A stretch of 64,000 bases of DNA from Candidatus Doudnabacteria bacterium. GTDB taxonomy: Bacteria > Patescibacteriota > Doudnabacteria > UBA920 > VMFF01. Location: assembly GCA_963840645.1 (NCBI GenBank), contig CAWIZL010000004.1, positions 87,121 through 151,120 of the forward strand, in the 5' to 3' direction. The notes beneath the pieces were generated by a model. The model worked only from the letters and a program-made list of their open reading frames with translations. It ran no database searches and was not told the DNA's origin. Shown one piece after another: positions 63,161 through 64,000 of the stretch. The position numbers were made by a program, and so were the translations under genes. The stretch's first letter is position 1. Every line of letters begins with the position of its first letter.

Positions 63161-64000
63161 TTAGCCTGTGAATACTGGCAGGTTTGCCGGTGGCTGACCC
63201 TTGCGCACGTCAATGGTTTCAACTGGTGGAACCTTTGTGGTGCTCAGTGGGAAGTGGTAGAGGGTTGCGAGCTCTTCTGTGTTGAGCACCATTGGCGCTG
63301 CGCCAATCCACATGCTGCGCTTCACGAAGCCGCTGAGGAAGTGTTTCTTTCTCGTGTAGGTTCTGTAGTCAAGGTACGGCTGCTCAATGCTCTTCGACAG
63401 CGCATACTTGCCGTAGTCTGTCCAAGTTTTGCCGACATCTGGCTTGAGGTTGTTTGTGTTCATGCCAGAGAACGTGCGGAACCCGCCAATGAGGGCTGTC
63501 TTCTTGCTGCCGTCAAACTGCGCCTTTGGCGCAATGTACAGCATGCGAATCTTTGCGTGCCACCCGGTCTTAGACATTTTCTCTTCAACGGCTGTGAGCA
63601 CGTCTGTTTCACCTCGTGACAGGCGCTGCACGGCTGCAGCAGTGCCATCTGGAGCCTTCACCTTTTTCTTTTCAAACATAGCCTCAAGCACTGTCTTCTC
63701 CCCGAGCATGTTCAGCGGGGCGGTGAACTTGTCGAGCGCGCTCTCAGTGGCCGTTGATTCACCCTTGAGCTTCTTGGCAAACTCTTGCACGTGCGGCACC
63801 CAGTCATTGTCTGCAACAGGCCGTATGAGGAACTGAATAGCCATGAGCTCGTGCGGCTCAGCTTTTGACATTGCCTCGAGCAGTGGCGCGATCGGGTCAA
63901 TAATTTTTTCCTCTGCTGCCATGTGCTCAAAGTCTTTGTACGTTTTGAGCGGGTACGCGTAGTCCTTCACCATGACGAACTCTGTGCCCCACAAGTCCCA
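63161..64000 (-). CDS. hypothetical protein (partial; N-terminus beyond the window), translationally coupled to the T4CP-like gene
   Basis: ORF open to the right edge. Stop codon 2 nt before the T4CP ATG. Confidence 0.4.
   Translation of the reverse strand, partial: WDLWGTEFVMVKDYAYPLKTYKDFEHMAAEEKIIDPIAPLLEAMSKAEPHELMAIQFLIRPVADNDWVPHVQEFAKKLKGESTATESALDKFTAPLNMLGEKTVLEAMFEKKKVKAPDGTAAAVQRLSRGETDVLTAVEEKMSKTGWHAKIRMLYIAPKAQFDGSKKTALIGGFRTFSGMNTNNLKPDVGKTWTDYGKYALSKSIEQPYLDYRTYTRKKHFLSGFVKRSMWIGAAPMVLNTEELATLYHFPLSTTKVPPVETIDVRKGQPPANLPVFTG

Overview
This 64-kb window is mostly a compact, operon-dense bacterial chromosome segment at roughly 50% GC. Its left end (about 1-4.4 kb) is compositionally foreign, at about 63-65% GC. 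I found no canonical defence system (no CRISPR array, no cas genes, no restriction-modification system, no complete toxin-antitoxin pair).

Left end (1 to about 4430):
- Badly frameshifted remnants of a glutamate synthase large subunit (gltB, minus strand, running off the left edge) and a dTDP-glucose 4,6-dehydratase (rfbB).
- A TIGR03435-type secreted protein fused in-frame at about 4.40-4.44 kb to the C-terminal half of a WecB/TagA/CpsF-family glycosyltransferase. This looks like an assembly chimera or a recombination junction.

Rest of the window (about 50% GC):
- Housekeeping genes: gltX, rpmA, pyrG, rplI, ftsEX, prfB (with its canonical programmed +1 frameshift site CTT TGA C), thyA-folA, dcd, secE-nusG-rplK-rplA, gyrB, pheS, cca, the full F0F1 ATP synthase operon (atpZ-B-E-F-H-A-G-D-C), ppa and mnmA.
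- Six tRNAs, all on the minus strand: Asp-GUC, two Met/fMet-CAU, Thr-CGU and Gln-CUG.

Accessory content:
- A long minus-strand operon that joins Fe-S assembly genes (nifS, iscU-like, nfu, fdx) to four nucleotide-phosphate enzymes (MazG-like, NUDIX, CYTH, NTP_transf_6 nucleotidyltransferase).
- A second nucleotide-salvage neighbourhood: NUDIX, CYTH, DNPH1/Rcl-like, EEP nuclease, thyA, folA, HD hydrolase, dcd.
- Three genes inserted into the normally invariant secE-nusG-rplK-rplA cluster: a DUF457 hydrolase, a small membrane protein and an SPFH/band-7 protein.
- A UvrD-type helicase fused to a PD-(D/E)XK nuclease, followed by a PIN toxin-like gene, a NYN-domain protein, RmuC and a DUF1653 protein, all next to a tRNA cluster.
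- A nicotianamine-synthase-like gene paired with a flavoprotein.
- A PEP-CTERM protein beside a high-GC IS200/IS605 TnpA element, which is flanked by identical 20-nt perfect palindromes.
- Dispersed type IV secretion-like parts: a VirB2/TrbC-like pilin with a Cys-rich tail, and a VirD4/TraG-like coupling ATPase translationally coupled to an unknown upstream gene.
- Several small membrane-peptide genes with their own promoters and terminators.

Sequence quality: at least 16 otherwise intact genes, many of them essential, are interrupted by single frameshifts. This is far more consistent with uncorrected indel errors than with gene decay, so every novelty claim here needs read-level confirmation. 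Taxonomy is uncertain. The gene content reads like a reduced, Gram-positive-like or CPR-like organism, but the PEP-CTERM and TIGR03435 proteins do not fit that.
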